The notes under the pieces are model-generated. The model saw only the letters and a program-made list of their open reading frames with translations. It was not told the DNA's origin and ran no database searches. A stretch of DNA of 63,947 nucleotides, filler included. It is 5 parts of 5 records of this genome, joined end to end, with 100 filler letters (N's around TTAATTAATTAA, not from the genome) between each part and the next. Parts side by side here need not be neighbours in the genome. Positions count along the whole stretch, not along the records: positions 1 to 18,039 come from SRR31156797_10493; positions 18,140 to 30,646 come from SRR31156797_10501; 3 more parts are not named here. One strand, 5' to 3'. Position 1 is the stretch's first letter, and the number at the start of each line of letters is the position of its first letter. Made by a program: the position numbers and the translations under genes. Below, piece after piece: positions 12,901 through 21,036 of this stretch.

Positions 12901-13975
12901 AAGTAAGGCCAGCATCCCCAACACAAACACTGTTACTTCCAGCAATTGTTGGATTAGGTAAGTCACTAACCGTAACAGCATAAACAGTTGGATTTTCAGC
13001 TTCACAACCGTTGGTATGTGTGTAATTAACCGAAACTGATTGCGCTCCGGAAGTATTCCAGGTAACCGTAATTTCATCAGTTCCTGCTCCTGCTGTAATT
13101 GTACCTCCAGCGGAAATAGACCAAGTATATCCTGACATACCTGATTCTGTAGAATAAGTCACTCCCGCATCGCCAACACATACATCATTATCTCCACCTA
13201 CTGTAGGCGTTGGTCGGGTATTTACTGTTACCTCAGCAGAACCCGTCATCCAGGTAAAACATTTAGAACTTGCTTCGGTATTATTATCAAATCCTTTTAC
13301 AGTATAAGTACCAGCTTCATTGACAAAAAAGTTTATTGCATTTCCATCTCCTAAGAAAGCACCATCTGTATTTATTAAAGTAACACCTCTATATAGGTTA
13401 TAGTAAGTTCCAGGATCCGTTGTCGGAAGCGAAATGGTTGTTATATCCCCATCACACACAACAGCAGTTTGTGTAAAGTCGTATGCACTAGGGGTCTTAT
13501 TTACCACAGTTACATCTACATCATCCAAACTACCATCAGTTCCTATCTGCTTATATGAAATCTTAACATTTACTCCATAATATGCACTCGGCACCACAGC
13601 CGGATTAAAAGATATTCCATTATTTGGTGAAGTTCCAATTGGTGTAACCCAATCATTATGCTCTTCATAGTTACCTGTTACAACAGCTCCTGTATAAACA
13701 GTCCACTCAATATCTGTTCTTGTTGGATCTAAATTTCCGGCATCAACATAAATATCAACTGGTAAATCTGTTGAGCAAAAGCGATCTGGCAAATCAGTTA
13801 AAACATTATTGGCACCCTTCAAGCTTGATAGTCCATAATATTTAACTATTTCTGCACGACTAGCATCAAGCCCTGGTTTTTCGCCTGTTTGCGCAAAAAC
13901 TCCTACCCCAACAGAAAACATTCCTATTGAAATAAGAGCAAGGATACTTATGAAACGGTTTAAGTTTTTCATCAT
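3998..13975 (-). CDS. Giant T9SS-secreted repetitive adhesin (SprB-like) with type B C-terminal sorting domain
   Basis: Signal peptide; many Cys-containing Ig/PKD-like repeats; C-terminal IPNAFSPNGDDINDYFKI...VFNRWG...WDG...LPNGTYFY...GYIELRR (gliding-motility CTD). Confidence 0.9.
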   Translation of the reverse strand: MMKNLNRFISILALISIGMFSVGVGVFAQTGEKPGLDASRAEIVKYYGLSSLKGANNVLTDLPDRFCSTDLPVDIYVDAGNLDPTRTDIEWTVYTGAVVTGNYEEHNDWVTPIGTSPNNGISFNPAVVPSAYYGVNVKISYKQIGTDGSLDDVDVTVVNKTPSAYDFTQTAVVCDGDITTISLPTTDPGTYYNLYRGVTLINTDGAFLGDGNAINFFVNEAGTYTVKGFDNNTEASSKCFTWMTGSAEVTVNTRPTPTVGGDNDVCVGDAGVTYSTESGMSGYTWSISAGGTITAGAGTDEITVTWNTSGAQSVSVNYTHTNGCEAENPTVYAVTVSDLPNPTIAGSNSVCVGDAGLTYSTEVGMNNYVWTISAGGTITAGAGTNEITVDWDTTGPQTITVEYENTSNCGTVTPTVLNVTVNELPSPSISGDNIVCESDAGITYGTDPGMNNYVWAVTGGTITGGAGTEEITVTWNTAGSQTVSVNYENAAGCPASAPTTYNVTVNALPVVTVSGDNDVCEGEVGVTYSTEPGMNNYVWSISAGGKIDAGIGTNQISVTWNTPGAQSVSVNYDNAQGCDALSPTNYNVNVNAAPTPSLGGNNNVCVGDAGILYTTDAGMSNYVWNITGGTITAGTGTNQVTVTWSTAGAQSISVNYDNALGCAAATPTSYNVTVNPLPVPTVSGTNAVCEGTTGVTYSTETGMNNYVWSVSAGGTITAGAGTDEITVTWNTAGAQTVSVNYDNALGCNAASTTNYPVSVNALPVPVINGNLIVCEGDAGVTYATDPGMSNYTWSVSAGGTITAGAGTDEITVTWNGSGAQTVSVNYVNTSGCTATGPTSSNITVNAAPVPTILGTASVCEGDAGVTYTTEGSMSNYVWTVSSGGTITGGTGTNEITVSWNTAGAQTVSVNYDNASGCSALTPTVSNVTVNQVNAILNITNPTPPGTNVCAGTTVTFSASGTDGSGDYNYEFFVDGASQGVASTTSTRDITINANMLVEVEVTDNVYGCIDRTAINMTAIAIPNVNLSQPVGGQEYCENEAVTLTAAPSGYANYVYYSTDGTTNTQLNTLGSETFEVSSGFDTSITGVYVIASDNGCSAQSSTINISINALPTADAGSDQSICEDDGLVLDGSASGGTAGYTFNWTGPNGYVANNTEDPDLGTADLNEEGTYNLTVIDSKGCQDTDEVEVSLDELPQDQTVVAENTEYCEASTGVRIYLQNSEAGVTYQLQDAGDNPVGSDVVADGVSTVEWTNVTSGTYHVVAFGSTVNACSIRMSTADITINENPLPQVYNITPSDVDLGCNGGAGWPIGLDDSEVGIEYQLLRNGSPYGASVVSTGGALTLNSNVTAFGIYTIRATNPATLCNVEMNDDYEIQSDVVVTTYDMTSTPGTGDYCVSDSDPGVTIGMTGSDATVEYQLILNGNSAAPEQTKIGNGSVLSFDNKVTIDGVYTVQVETPGGCSFPMNGSVTVTAFTDPTVFSLQADNNGFYCPDPDGFPVGVNIWLVGQQNGVEYTLWRENGGAPVNIETVTGTVDDGSALLNFTGPFVLNDNYYVVASRPGVGCTSTMNNTIAVAENPLMNGFNVSKSDDFCTGSSVSIFIDGSEADAEYRWVANDGTADIANGSWIPGTGTALEFSGINVEGTYRVEARRLENGITCFREMLNTVDVLEKLLPEDKTWLTTGGTGCDDGVVITIENSQVGAIYHLFKRGTPDTEVTGAEIIGDGNNISFAPITDSGANYNVVAELNGCTNDYDINIPIDIAGAITKLTVDGGGSVCSGGAVGAVIGMSESTVIDVRYELFLADSPGANSGTSKGVIDGDGTVRNFGNQTDLGEYYVIATNISDGTCPTEMTNRVTIAFYPDPTAELLSDEGDIICEGTEVTFTASGGANYQFYLNGNPLGSMAAVSTYVNSSLSDGDRVSVMVESAYGCTDMSDDIAMKVNPMPTAKNVGTSGTFCQGSSSSVSVYVIDPEVGFTYTLIDESDDSTVGTDDTLPILFENIDEGTYRVEASANGCSVVMNNPVNISAQSLPSIYSLDPNGVENTCVAIPVKLLNSELGIAYTLYRDGNIVGGPTDGTHDGVEVNFGDYNITGIYTVRAENISSGCQRDMQGQLTITAGSGNTYDVEPVNGRYCQGDSPANITLTDSDAGVKYTLYYNGTTTGIELTSSADDEVLDFGAPASSDGTYSIIAEDTGGCLYPMNNDVIIQGFVSPTSFNLETQNGLSSEEYCPGDAGIDAIHVKGQQLGVTYILYDENDNQVGAPQTGIIEDTNVDIVFTGPFANGTYRVEATNTAGCTSIMNNVVNISESPALRDDFEVVTSGDICTGGAATITTNGSETNVRYWLYRNGFNTGNFIDGDGGVLDPPFSVSQGGTYTLEAENSAGCRTFLVDDAVISETNLPTVKAIVSDGSLDCSVGAVITVQLADPDIIYQLYKRTGNGDILVDGSDISHSGVVPTDIAFAPITDRNAYYTVKASNGSCNEIDMSNDPGVDLTNFDDVYVDISEAALRFEVTPDIADICNGDQGRRFGLINSEEGVVYSLYRAQLATETADVYKESITGPLGGGSIQFVGVYNEPGEYYVLADNGLCATQTEMINRPTLTVNPLPTAFKMTGSGFYCDVIDGAEIGLESQEANVRYTLQFEDGSHVGDVLGGSFNDSISFGEFTMPGSYTAVAINENTLCTSNMEGIVEVIQVDTPEDQFLLASTDTVYCGITAGVEFILANNELDVTYQVREVSTSNIISKVVGTNDTGSDVELAFPDIIPEGTYEIWKSRGGDACVSITNGGKVIEVIHESEPNDWNIEVDKYNACSSEFVTLTLDGFDDGRAYRIENDDEGAILDTITNLDRGSISWELNTSGLETGTVFYEVFALSVTGACDKSMGLVKIDYRDAPAVPQYILSDTAYCDSEAGVNVGILDTENGIAYILRDEFYNAYGFIDGNGSDIYFLNAIQAGRYYISARNFDTGCETLSVDSFDITINPNPDIQEFYIEGFECVTAPCNGIVDVTELMLANSVLGTTYSLMLDNAFILPMVDSIGTSNSINFGTRSESGEYTVIATNIEGCSAIMDGVVQLDEFPLEAITDSVSINKDVLVGGALLGLNDIFNSAVDVLGVRDDLGLIVEEGNIRFKVVDGFVDNSGQLIANEDGELVTTIGVVAIDSITGVLNYEKLPGFYGLDSLRYSIVNRDNPDRYDEAIVYIYVGNKALDENKTFLIPNAFSPNGDDINDYFKITGINKNGVTAEKSSLEVFNRWGTLVYRSKGDVYGDDNEWWDGTSSTSNMVSIGSELPNGTYFYIFKVQANEKVYNEDNDMYENKIIEKEYNGYIELRR
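11188..13216 (-). repeat. Eight tandem ~84-85-aa Ig/PKD-like repeats within the adhesin
   Basis: Repeated unit PxPxIxGxxxVCxGxxGVTYxTxxGMxNYxWxVSxGGTITAGAGTxEITVTWNTxGAQTVSVNYxNxxGC counted 8 times. Confidence 0.9.
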
Positions 13976-14433
13976 AATTTTAATATATAATGACTCCTGG
14001 TTATATTGGCACTTTTATGTGCACTATAGATATAAAACAACAAAGCGCTGCCAAGGTCCCAATTTGACAACGTTACTTTTTTCGTATAAATCGAATACAA
14101 ATATGTCATTTTATATCAATTTAATTTCACATATCTTCTCATTGTTTTTAATGAGAGCTAAAACTCAAAAACAACAGCACACAACTTAACTGTTATTTCC
14201 GATTGTCGTTCAAACATTTACAACCCACAATGGCAATCATAAATAATTACCCTTGCCGATTATAAACATTTTGTACGAACAATCCTTTCATTGGTTTCAC
14301 CCTACCCCTATATCAACTGCACTTTTTTGTCAAACACAATATTTATCTACACAAACGCAAAAACCCTTTCATTAATGATCTTCGCTAACTATTTACATAT
14401 TTTGTTATTTATCAGAATGACCTAACTCCAACC

Positions 14434-15090
14434 TTATGCTCCTATCGCTTTTTTAATCAATTTTCCTACCTGAGGATTTTCGTCCATAGCAATGCGAGCG
14501 ACTTTAATATAGCTACTCACCCAATTCTGAATAACAATAACTTCTTTTTTAATCTTATGATTCAACATGCGAACCACACCGGTTATTTTCACACACTCCG
14601 ACGAAAGTTTATTCAACTCATCCAATTTTAATTTCAACTCCTCAATCTCTTCCTTTCGAACTCCAAAAACTTTCAACGCATCTATATACTCTGAATTCTC
14701 AAGCATGTTATTTATAAATACAGACACCTGCGTATACCATTTTTCATAAGTACGAGCCCTTGACCCTGACAACACCAAAGCCTCATTAGCTTCAATATCA
14801 TCAGCAAAAGCAATGCGTGCTAACTTTACAAACTTCATATATTTCTTATGAATCTGATCCTGTTTTCTCTTTTTGTCTGCAAACATCTTCTTCTTAAGAA
14901 TACTTTTTGCACCAACCTCATTACTTAATCGCTCAAGGCCTTCCACCATTCGTTTCCCCTCGATTAATTTATCCCTATCATATCCATAAGAACCCACCAC
15001 CTCTCTCACATCATCTATATCGATGCTCATAGAGGTAATATCTCTTAGCTTATATAAATATTCAAGTTTCGTATGTTTTGTATAATGCAT
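14434..15090 (-). CDS. Hypothetical all-helical protein, paralog of 16965..17618
   Basis: 218-aa ORF sharing GYD..I.EGK, ARIAF, LSG and W..Y.KVARIA...PQ motifs with the 16965 gene. Confidence 0.75.
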   Translation of the reverse strand: MHYTKHTKLEYLYKLRDITSMSIDIDDVREVVGSYGYDRDKLIEGKRMVEGLERLSNEVGAKSILKKKMFADKKRKQDQIHKKYMKFVKLARIAFADDIEANEALVLSGSRARTYEKWYTQVSVFINNMLENSEYIDALKVFGVRKEEIEELKLKLDELNKLSSECVKITGVVRMLNHKIKKEVIVIQNWVSSYIKVARIAMDENPQVGKLIKKAIGA

Positions 15091-15658
15091 ATTAAAATCG
15101 AATTACCTTTACGGAATTATGCTAACATTTGAAATATATTTATTAAAACATAACAAATGAAATTTAAATAATTTTAATATCCAAATTTTACCAGTATTAT
15201 TTTAAAATATACTTTTCTAATTTTTAATTGTAATATCACTTTTTAATTTAGGAAAACATTTATTTTTATAATATGGTTGCATTTTATATTTAGAATCTAT
15301 AAAATTAAATTCATTCAAGTATAATAGAAATTTAGCAATGTAAAATTATAGTTTCGTTAATTGATTTTATTACTATGAAAGGTTATATATAATTAATGAA
15401 AGGTTATATCTTTATTAAGATTTTAGGAAAGACAAAAGGAAAAACCTGAAACTCTAAAAACAAAGGCGTATGGATCAAAAAGCAAGGTATATGTCGGTTT
15501 TAAATACCTCTTTATGAAAAAAATAGAATTAGCACATAAGAATATAAATGCCAACTTTAAGTAGAAGTGCTTTGGTATTATTTATTAGTAGAAAGACGAG
15601 ATATTTAAAACACGAAAGAACAACAACTAATACTTTTGTTCGCTTGATAAGCACGAGC

Positions 15659-15696
15659 AAAAAAAATCCCCCAATCGAATTAACGAAAGGGGGATT
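15659..15696 (-). terminator. Intrinsic terminator after the Smr gene
   Basis: AATCCCCC...GGGGGATT stem with a long T-run on the minus strand. Confidence 0.8.
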
Positions 15697-15733
15697 GCAG
15701 AATAAATTTATTGAGACTTGATACTCGTATCTT

Positions 15734-16762
15734 TTATATAATTACCATTGTGGCTCCGTAGCCGTATTCTTTAAAGGAGGCATCCTGCCAGGTGTGCCAG
15801 CTATATTTTCTTTTTAAAGCCTTTAGTATCTCCGACTTTAAAACACCATCTCCTTTACCATGAATAAAAACAATTTTCCGGTTAGCGTTATCCTTATTTT
15901 CAGCCATTACCTTATGAAACTTCTCCATTTGATAATCCAGCATATCTTTATTAGACATACCTCGTGTATCATCAAGCAATTCATTAATATGCAAATCCAC
16001 TTCCAACAACACTTTATTATCCTTTCTAGCTACTGGCGCTATTTTCTTCTTCGGATCTTTATCGCGAACTACCTGTTTAATCTCCTTATCGGTTAATTGC
16101 TCTATTTTTTGTTCGAGCGTGCTTTTTACAATATAATATACAATGGCCTCCTCGTTAAAATATGCATTGGTATGGTAACTGGAATCTTTTAAAAGCTTAC
16201 TTCCTGAAAATTTAATTTTAAAGTCGACCGGCTTTTGAGGGGTAAAATCTTTCTTCTTCCTACATAAGAGCATTTGTATTTGATAGGTCACACCATCAAG
16301 TAAATTAACCGGAACATTATCTAAATTCACTTTTGTATTTGGCTCTATTTGTCCGGAAAAAGCCAATTGACATCGTTCCTCCTGTTTAGAACTGATTGTA
16401 TAAAAAGCGTAGAAGTTAGAATCATTAATCAGGTAAATATTTACATTTCCCGACAAATCAGCATCGCGCACACAAGCAATAACAATGCGGGGTTCCCCTT
16501 CTTCATCACTCTCTTCTACAGCCATTTCAGCAGACTCAAAACCAGTTTCATCAGGAGTCTTTTCAGCTACATCGCCTGATTTTTTTTCAACAATCACCAC
16601 TTCGGTGGCCATAACAGGCACCTCAAAACCATCTTCATCCAACACATAAATCACATTGTTTTTCTCGGTTCTACTTACGGTGCCTCCACCAACATCATTT
16701 AAAAAACGGACTTTATCTCCAACTGAAATTTTCATTTGCTCAATATTTTGACTTTTTAGCAT
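15734..16762 (-). CDS. DUF2027 / Smr (MutS2 C-terminal) domain protein; likely start 16735
   Basis: N-terminal VGDKVRFLNDVGGG; C-terminal EVDLHINEL...IVFIHGKGDGVLK...DASFKEYGYGAT Smr motif. Confidence 0.9.
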   Translation of the reverse strand: MLKSQNIEQMKISVGDKVRFLNDVGGGTVSRTEKNNVIYVLDEDGFEVPVMATEVVIVEKKSGDVAEKTPDETGFESAEMAVEESDEEGEPRIVIACVRDADLSGNVNIYLINDSNFYAFYTISSKQEERCQLAFSGQIEPNTKVNLDNVPVNLLDGVTYQIQMLLCRKKKDFTPQKPVDFKIKFSGSKLLKDSSYHTNAYFNEEAIVYYIVKSTLEQKIEQLTDKEIKQVVRDKDPKKKIAPVARKDNKVLLEVDLHINELLDDTRGMSNKDMLDYQMEKFHKVMAENKDNANRKIVFIHGKGDGVLKSEILKALKRKYSWHTWQDASFKEYGYGATMVII

Positions 16763-16887
16763 CTACACTATTCCACGCTCAATTAACTCATATTTAGAGC
16801 ACACATAGATTTAAGCTATACTAAAAGATTAATAACAGGTAGTATCCTTCAACAGAATTCTATGACTCTATTTAAAGGAAGTGATGT

Positions 16888-16895
16888 CAAATATA
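16888..16895 (-). promoter_or_regulatory. Bacteroidota -7 box (TATATTTG) upstream of the Smr gene
   Basis: TAnnTTTG match between the upstream terminator and the gene start. Confidence 0.5.
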
Positions 16896-16910
16896 CATTT
16901 TTTAGGACAT

Positions 16911-16953
16911 AAAAATAGCTGCACGCTACTATTTATAGCATATGCAGCTATTT
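16911..16953 (-). terminator. Intrinsic terminator after 16965..17618
   Basis: AAATAGCTGCA...TGCAGCTATTT inverted repeat with T-run on the minus strand. Confidence 0.75.
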
Positions 16954-16964
16954 ACATACTTTAC

Positions 16965-17618
16965 TTATTTCACTACTTTTCCGAGTGCTTCAAGTAGTTG
17001 CGGTTGATCTTCGAGTCCAATTTTAGCTACGGCATAAAACTCTTGCATCCACTCATCCAACTTTGCAAAAGCCATATCTTTTTTCATGGTAGCATCCTGA
17101 CTTTCGCCTTTTTCTTTCAGGTATTCACCTCGATTAGTTTCTACTGTAGTTATTAATGCCTTTGCTTGTTGCACTTCAGCATCCGTAACTTTTAATTTAC
17201 TCATGGCATTCAACAAAGGCACATCGGTAAACAAGGTGTTGTAAAACTTCTTAATGCTTTCCATTTTTTTAATATAAGACGAAGGATATGCTCCACTCAC
17301 AGCTAAACGTTCCAAAATCTCCGGACTTTTTCGGAAAACCACTTTGGCTTTTTTTCGATGACCTTTAAACAATTCCTCGAGTTCCTCAAAAGATTGACTG
17401 AAGTTTGCATAAGCACTTGCTGTTTCATCCTCCTCTTTATCGTTATTTTCGTACACCTCGCGGGTAAAGCTCCAAAGCTGCTTTCCTTCTCCGATGGTTT
17501 GACTATCATAACCTAATTCTGCTAATACATTAGCAATTACGTCCTGGCGTTCTGCATTTTCAAGACCAATTCTATAAACCTCAAGGGTTTGGGCATCACT
17601 TAAATTGTAATTTTTCAT
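16965..17618 (-). CDS. Hypothetical all-helical protein, paralog of 14434..15090
   Basis: 217-aa ORF; GYD...EGK, KKAKVVF, GESQDAT, LDEWMQEFYAVAKIGLEDQPQLLEALG. Confidence 0.8.
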   Translation of the reverse strand: MKNYNLSDAQTLEVYRIGLENAERQDVIANVLAELGYDSQTIGEGKQLWSFTREVYENNDKEEDETASAYANFSQSFEELEELFKGHRKKAKVVFRKSPEILERLAVSGAYPSSYIKKMESIKKFYNTLFTDVPLLNAMSKLKVTDAEVQQAKALITTVETNRGEYLKEKGESQDATMKKDMAFAKLDEWMQEFYAVAKIGLEDQPQLLEALGKVVK

Positions 17619-17738
17619 GATTTGATTAATTTAAATAATTAAGAAAACGATTATTAAGTTAATGGAATTTACGAATATATTCCGCATCTAAACCACATAT
17701 TTTTAATGATATGTGATAATTCTTTATTAAAAGATGGT

Positions 17739-17746
17739 TACTTTTG
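17739..17746 (+). promoter_or_regulatory. Bacteroidota -7 box (TACTTTTG) upstream of queA
   Basis: TAnnTTTG match about 45 nt before the ATG. Confidence 0.6.
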
Positions 17747-17790
17747 GCGCCACAAATACACAAACGTGTAGATTCGCTAAGTAACAAGAA

Positions 17791-18039
17791 ATGAATACGC
17801 CAGAGATTAAGATTAAGGATTATACCTACGAATTACCTGAAGACAGAATTGCCAAATACCCATTAACCAATCGTTCCGATTCAAAATTATTGGTTTATAA
17901 TAATGGTATTACCGAAGATCAATTTCACAATATATCATCTTATTTACCCAAGAACAGTTTATTGGTATTTAACAACACAAAGGTAATTCAGGCTCGTTTG
18001 CTGTTTAAAAAAGAAACCGGTGCTAAAATCGAAATCTTT
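17791..18039 (+). CDS. queA: S-adenosylmethionine:tRNA ribosyltransferase-isomerase, 5' part (contig end)
   Basis: DYTYELPEDRIAKYPL..RSDSKLL...LLVFNNTKVIQARL. Confidence 0.92.
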
Positions 18040-18139
18040 NNNNNNNNNNNNNNNNNNNNNNNNNNNNNNNNNNNNNNNNNNNNTTAATTAATTAANNNNN
18101 NNNNNNNNNNNNNNNNNNNNNNNNNNNNNNNNNNNNNNN
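18040..18139. other. Artificial contig linker (N-run / TTAATTAATTAA / N-run)
   Basis: 100-nt spacer with six-frame stop; identical at all four junctions. Confidence 0.98.
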
Positions 18140-19011
18140 ACGGTGCATCTACTGAAATCATTGTGGCTGGTTCAACAACTGTTCAGCCAGTAAGTGAGCT
18201 TATAGCAAAAGCATACATGGAAGAAAACAAAGGTGTTAAAATAACAGTACAGGCTGGCGGTTCCGATGCAGGTATTGCTTCAGCTGGTATGGGAATCATT
18301 GATGTAGGTTCAGCATCCAAGTTCACCCCTGACGCCGCAAAGACTAAATATCCAGACCTTGAAGAGCACGTAATCGGTGGTTCTGCAGTAGTTGTAATAA
18401 CCAACACAGCAACTCCGGGTGTAGCTTCAACAACTACTCCATTAACAGCTGCACAGCTTCTTACAATTTATGATTCCAACAACGCAAACGCTGACGCAGC
18501 ATTTGTATCAGGTGTTGTAGCTGTCCAGAGAACCGAAGGTTCAGGCACAGAAGAAACATTTGCAAAGTTTGTTACCTCTAAAGCTTCTAGCAACGTAGAT
18601 GATGCAGTTGATGAAGGTACAGCTGTTGTTCAGGCAAATGCTATTGGAAACCAGGGTGTCCTCGACAAAGTAGCAACTACCTCTAGTGCAGTTGGATTTG
18701 TAGACTATGGATTTGCAAAGGATGACAGTAGGGTAACAATCATCGGTGTCGACCCTGCAGTTACAGGTTATACTGCAATTGCTTCAGTCACAGGTGACGA
18801 TGTTGAAGCTGGTGTAAAGGCAAGACTCTCAGATATATCAACAACTGAGACCAGTGCTACTTACTACCCAGTAGAACTCTGCCGTCCACTTGTTTACCTG
18901 ACAAACGGTGAACCTTCCTCTATAGTAAACAACTATATTCAGTTCGCAATGTCTCCTGCATCCCTGGACTCATTCCATGAAGTAGGATACTACGGTATAA
19001 CTGAGCTTTAA
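18140..19011 (+). CDS. pstS: Phosphate-binding protein PstS family, N-terminus missing (open to contig edge)
   Basis: AGSTTVQP, GGSDAGI, RTEGSGTEETF, ELCRPLVY; frame open from the contig edge (GASTEIIVAG...). Confidence 0.9.
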
Positions 19012-19093
19012 GTATAGCATTTGAATAAAAGGCAATTGTTGTGCGATAGTGTATCTATCGTTCAACAATTCTATTTTTAGTATTAGGATACAC

Positions 19094-19996
19094 ATGAAAA
19101 ATGTTGAGTCGAGTTTTTTCTGGCTTTTTTTAGCCGGTTGTACATTTCTGACAGCTACTATCACCATCTTCTTTGTAGGATTTATATTCTATGTAGCTTA
19201 TCCTGTTTTTCAAACTCAGGGACTATATTTTTTGTACGGAGATGTTTGGAATTACACAAATGAAATTTTTGGGATACGTAACTTCATTGCCGGTACATTT
19301 GCAATGACAATAGTAACAATGATGATCGCTTTACCTGTAAGTCTTTTTACTGCTATATTCCTTGCAGAGTATGCGCCAAAAATAGTTGTTGCGACTCTCC
19401 GTCCTATGATTGAGTTACTGGTGGGAATACCTTCTGTCGTTTATGGTATTTTCGGACTATTTATACTGGAAGACATATTTGAATATGTAATAGATCCCTT
19501 CATTGAATCTTATCTAGGTTTTATTCCTTTGTTTGTTGATTATGGGCATGATGGTCAGGGCGTCTTACTTGCTTCTACTGTGTTAGCAATAATGATATTG
19601 CCAACAATTATTACGATTGCGGAAGATTCACTACGCTCAGTTCCTTATCCTTATAAAGAAGCTTCTTTTGCTTTGGGGGCAAACCATTGGCAAACCATAA
19701 AAAAAATTGTAATACCTTCAGCTTTCAGAGGCATAATGCTTGGAGCTGTATTGGGTATGATGCGGGCTATGGGTGAAACTATGGCAATAGTAATGCTCCT
19801 TGGAAATATCCCGCGAGCTCCACGTGGAATACTGGATTCTGGCTATGCTATGACATCTAAAATTCTAAATGATATTACCTATCATATGATTGATGATGCT
19901 TCACGCAGTGCATTGTTTGGAATAGCAGCTGTTCTGTTTTTAATTGAAATAATTGTAGTTCTCATATCTAGAAAGATAGGGGGGAAAGTAATATGA
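19094..19996 (+). CDS. pstC: Phosphate ABC permease PstC
   Basis: ELLVGIPSVVYG, EASFALGA, MRAMGETMA; ATG at 19094 preferred to GTG at 19049. Confidence 0.93.
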   Translation: MKNVESSFFWLFLAGCTFLTATITIFFVGFIFYVAYPVFQTQGLYFLYGDVWNYTNEIFGIRNFIAGTFAMTIVTMMIALPVSLFTAIFLAEYAPKIVVATLRPMIELLVGIPSVVYGIFGLFILEDIFEYVIDPFIESYLGFIPLFVDYGHDGQGVLLASTVLAIMILPTIITIAEDSLRSVPYPYKEASFALGANHWQTIKKIVIPSAFRGIMLGAVLGMMRAMGETMAIVMLLGNIPRAPRGILDSGYAMTSKILNDITYHMIDDASRSALFGIAAVLFLIEIIVVLISRKIGGKVI

Positions 19997-21036
19997 GTAA
20001 AATAGACTCTTCTATTGAAGTAGAAGTTGTACATAAAAATGGTGGATTGTTTGATTTACTGAAACGAACGATTATAACTAAAGATAGTTCCCATCTATCG
20101 GATTATTTTAAATCAATTATTAAATATGAAAACTGTTCAAGAAAGCATATATTAAAATTTGAAAGTTTATTGTTTAAAAGTTTTTCATATTCAGCAGCAA
20201 TTTTAACAGTGTTTGCTCTTTTTTTTATTTTGGGAAATGTATTTATCAAAGCCTTGCCAAGCCTTTCTCTTGACTACATATTAACATCTGAATCAGATCA
20301 TATGGAGCTTGGAGCGGGCATAGCTAACGCAATTGTAGGTTCATTGTTGCTGTCTTTAGGTTCTACTTTAATTGCTACTCCACTTGCTGTAGGTGCTGCA
20401 ATCTACATGAAAAGATATGCAAAAAAAAATATGTTTACAAGTATTTTTAGTATTTTTATTGATGTTCTTTCTGGCACCCCCTCAATTGTTTTAGGCATAT
20501 TTGGTTTGTTTTTCCTTGTGTTTTTGATGAGGACATACACTGGTGGATTTTCTTTGATTTCTGGCGTACTAGCACTTTCAATATTGATATTGCCTGTAAT
20601 AGAGAGATCGACTGAGAATGCAATAGATACAGTTCCTAAAGAACTCGAAGAAGCAAGTTATGCGCTAGGAGCAAATCGTTTTGAAACTGTAAAGAATATC
20701 ACTCTTCCTTATTCGCTAGGCGGCATTCTTACAGGAGTTGTGATTGGCGTAGGCAGAGCAGCAGAGGAGTCTGCAGTTGTTGTTTTAACAGCGGGATATT
20801 CTCAATTCATGCCTGAAATAGGAGCTAGAGGAAGTGTAGATAATTTTGGTGGACTAAAATTTTATCCATTTCAGGATTTAGTAGGTTCTTTACCAATGTG
20901 CGTTTATAGATCATTTGAATTTCCGAGTATGATCTCTCCATCCAAAGGCTTTGCTGCAGCTTTTGTTTTAATTGTAATGGTTATGATTATCAATTCGATA
21001 GCTCGCTTGATCGTATGGAGGCGCAGAATTGGTTAA
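19993..21036 (+). CDS. pstA: Phosphate ABC permease PstA
   Basis: LSGTPSIVLG, EASYALGA, GRAAEESA; ATGA overlap with pstC. Confidence 0.92.
   Translation: MSKIDSSIEVEVVHKNGGLFDLLKRTIITKDSSHLSDYFKSIIKYENCSRKHILKFESLLFKSFSYSAAILTVFALFFILGNVFIKALPSLSLDYILTSESDHMELGAGIANAIVGSLLLSLGSTLIATPLAVGAAIYMKRYAKKNMFTSIFSIFIDVLSGTPSIVLGIFGLFFLVFLMRTYTGGFSLISGVLALSILILPVIERSTENAIDTVPKELEEASYALGANRFETVKNITLPYSLGGILTGVVIGVGRAAEESAVVVLTAGYSQFMPEIGARGSVDNFGGLKFYPFQDLVGSLPMCVYRSFEFPSMISPSKGFAAAFVLIVMVMIINSIARLIVWRRRIG

Noticed and set aside
11188-13216. Periodic DNA repeats as a CRISPR array or DGR
   Set aside because: About 255-bp in-frame coding repeats with synonymous divergence inside the adhesin; no spacers, no RT
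18084-18095. TTAATTAATTAA palindrome (also at the other three junctions)
   Set aside because: Synthetic six-frame-stop linker embedded in Ns
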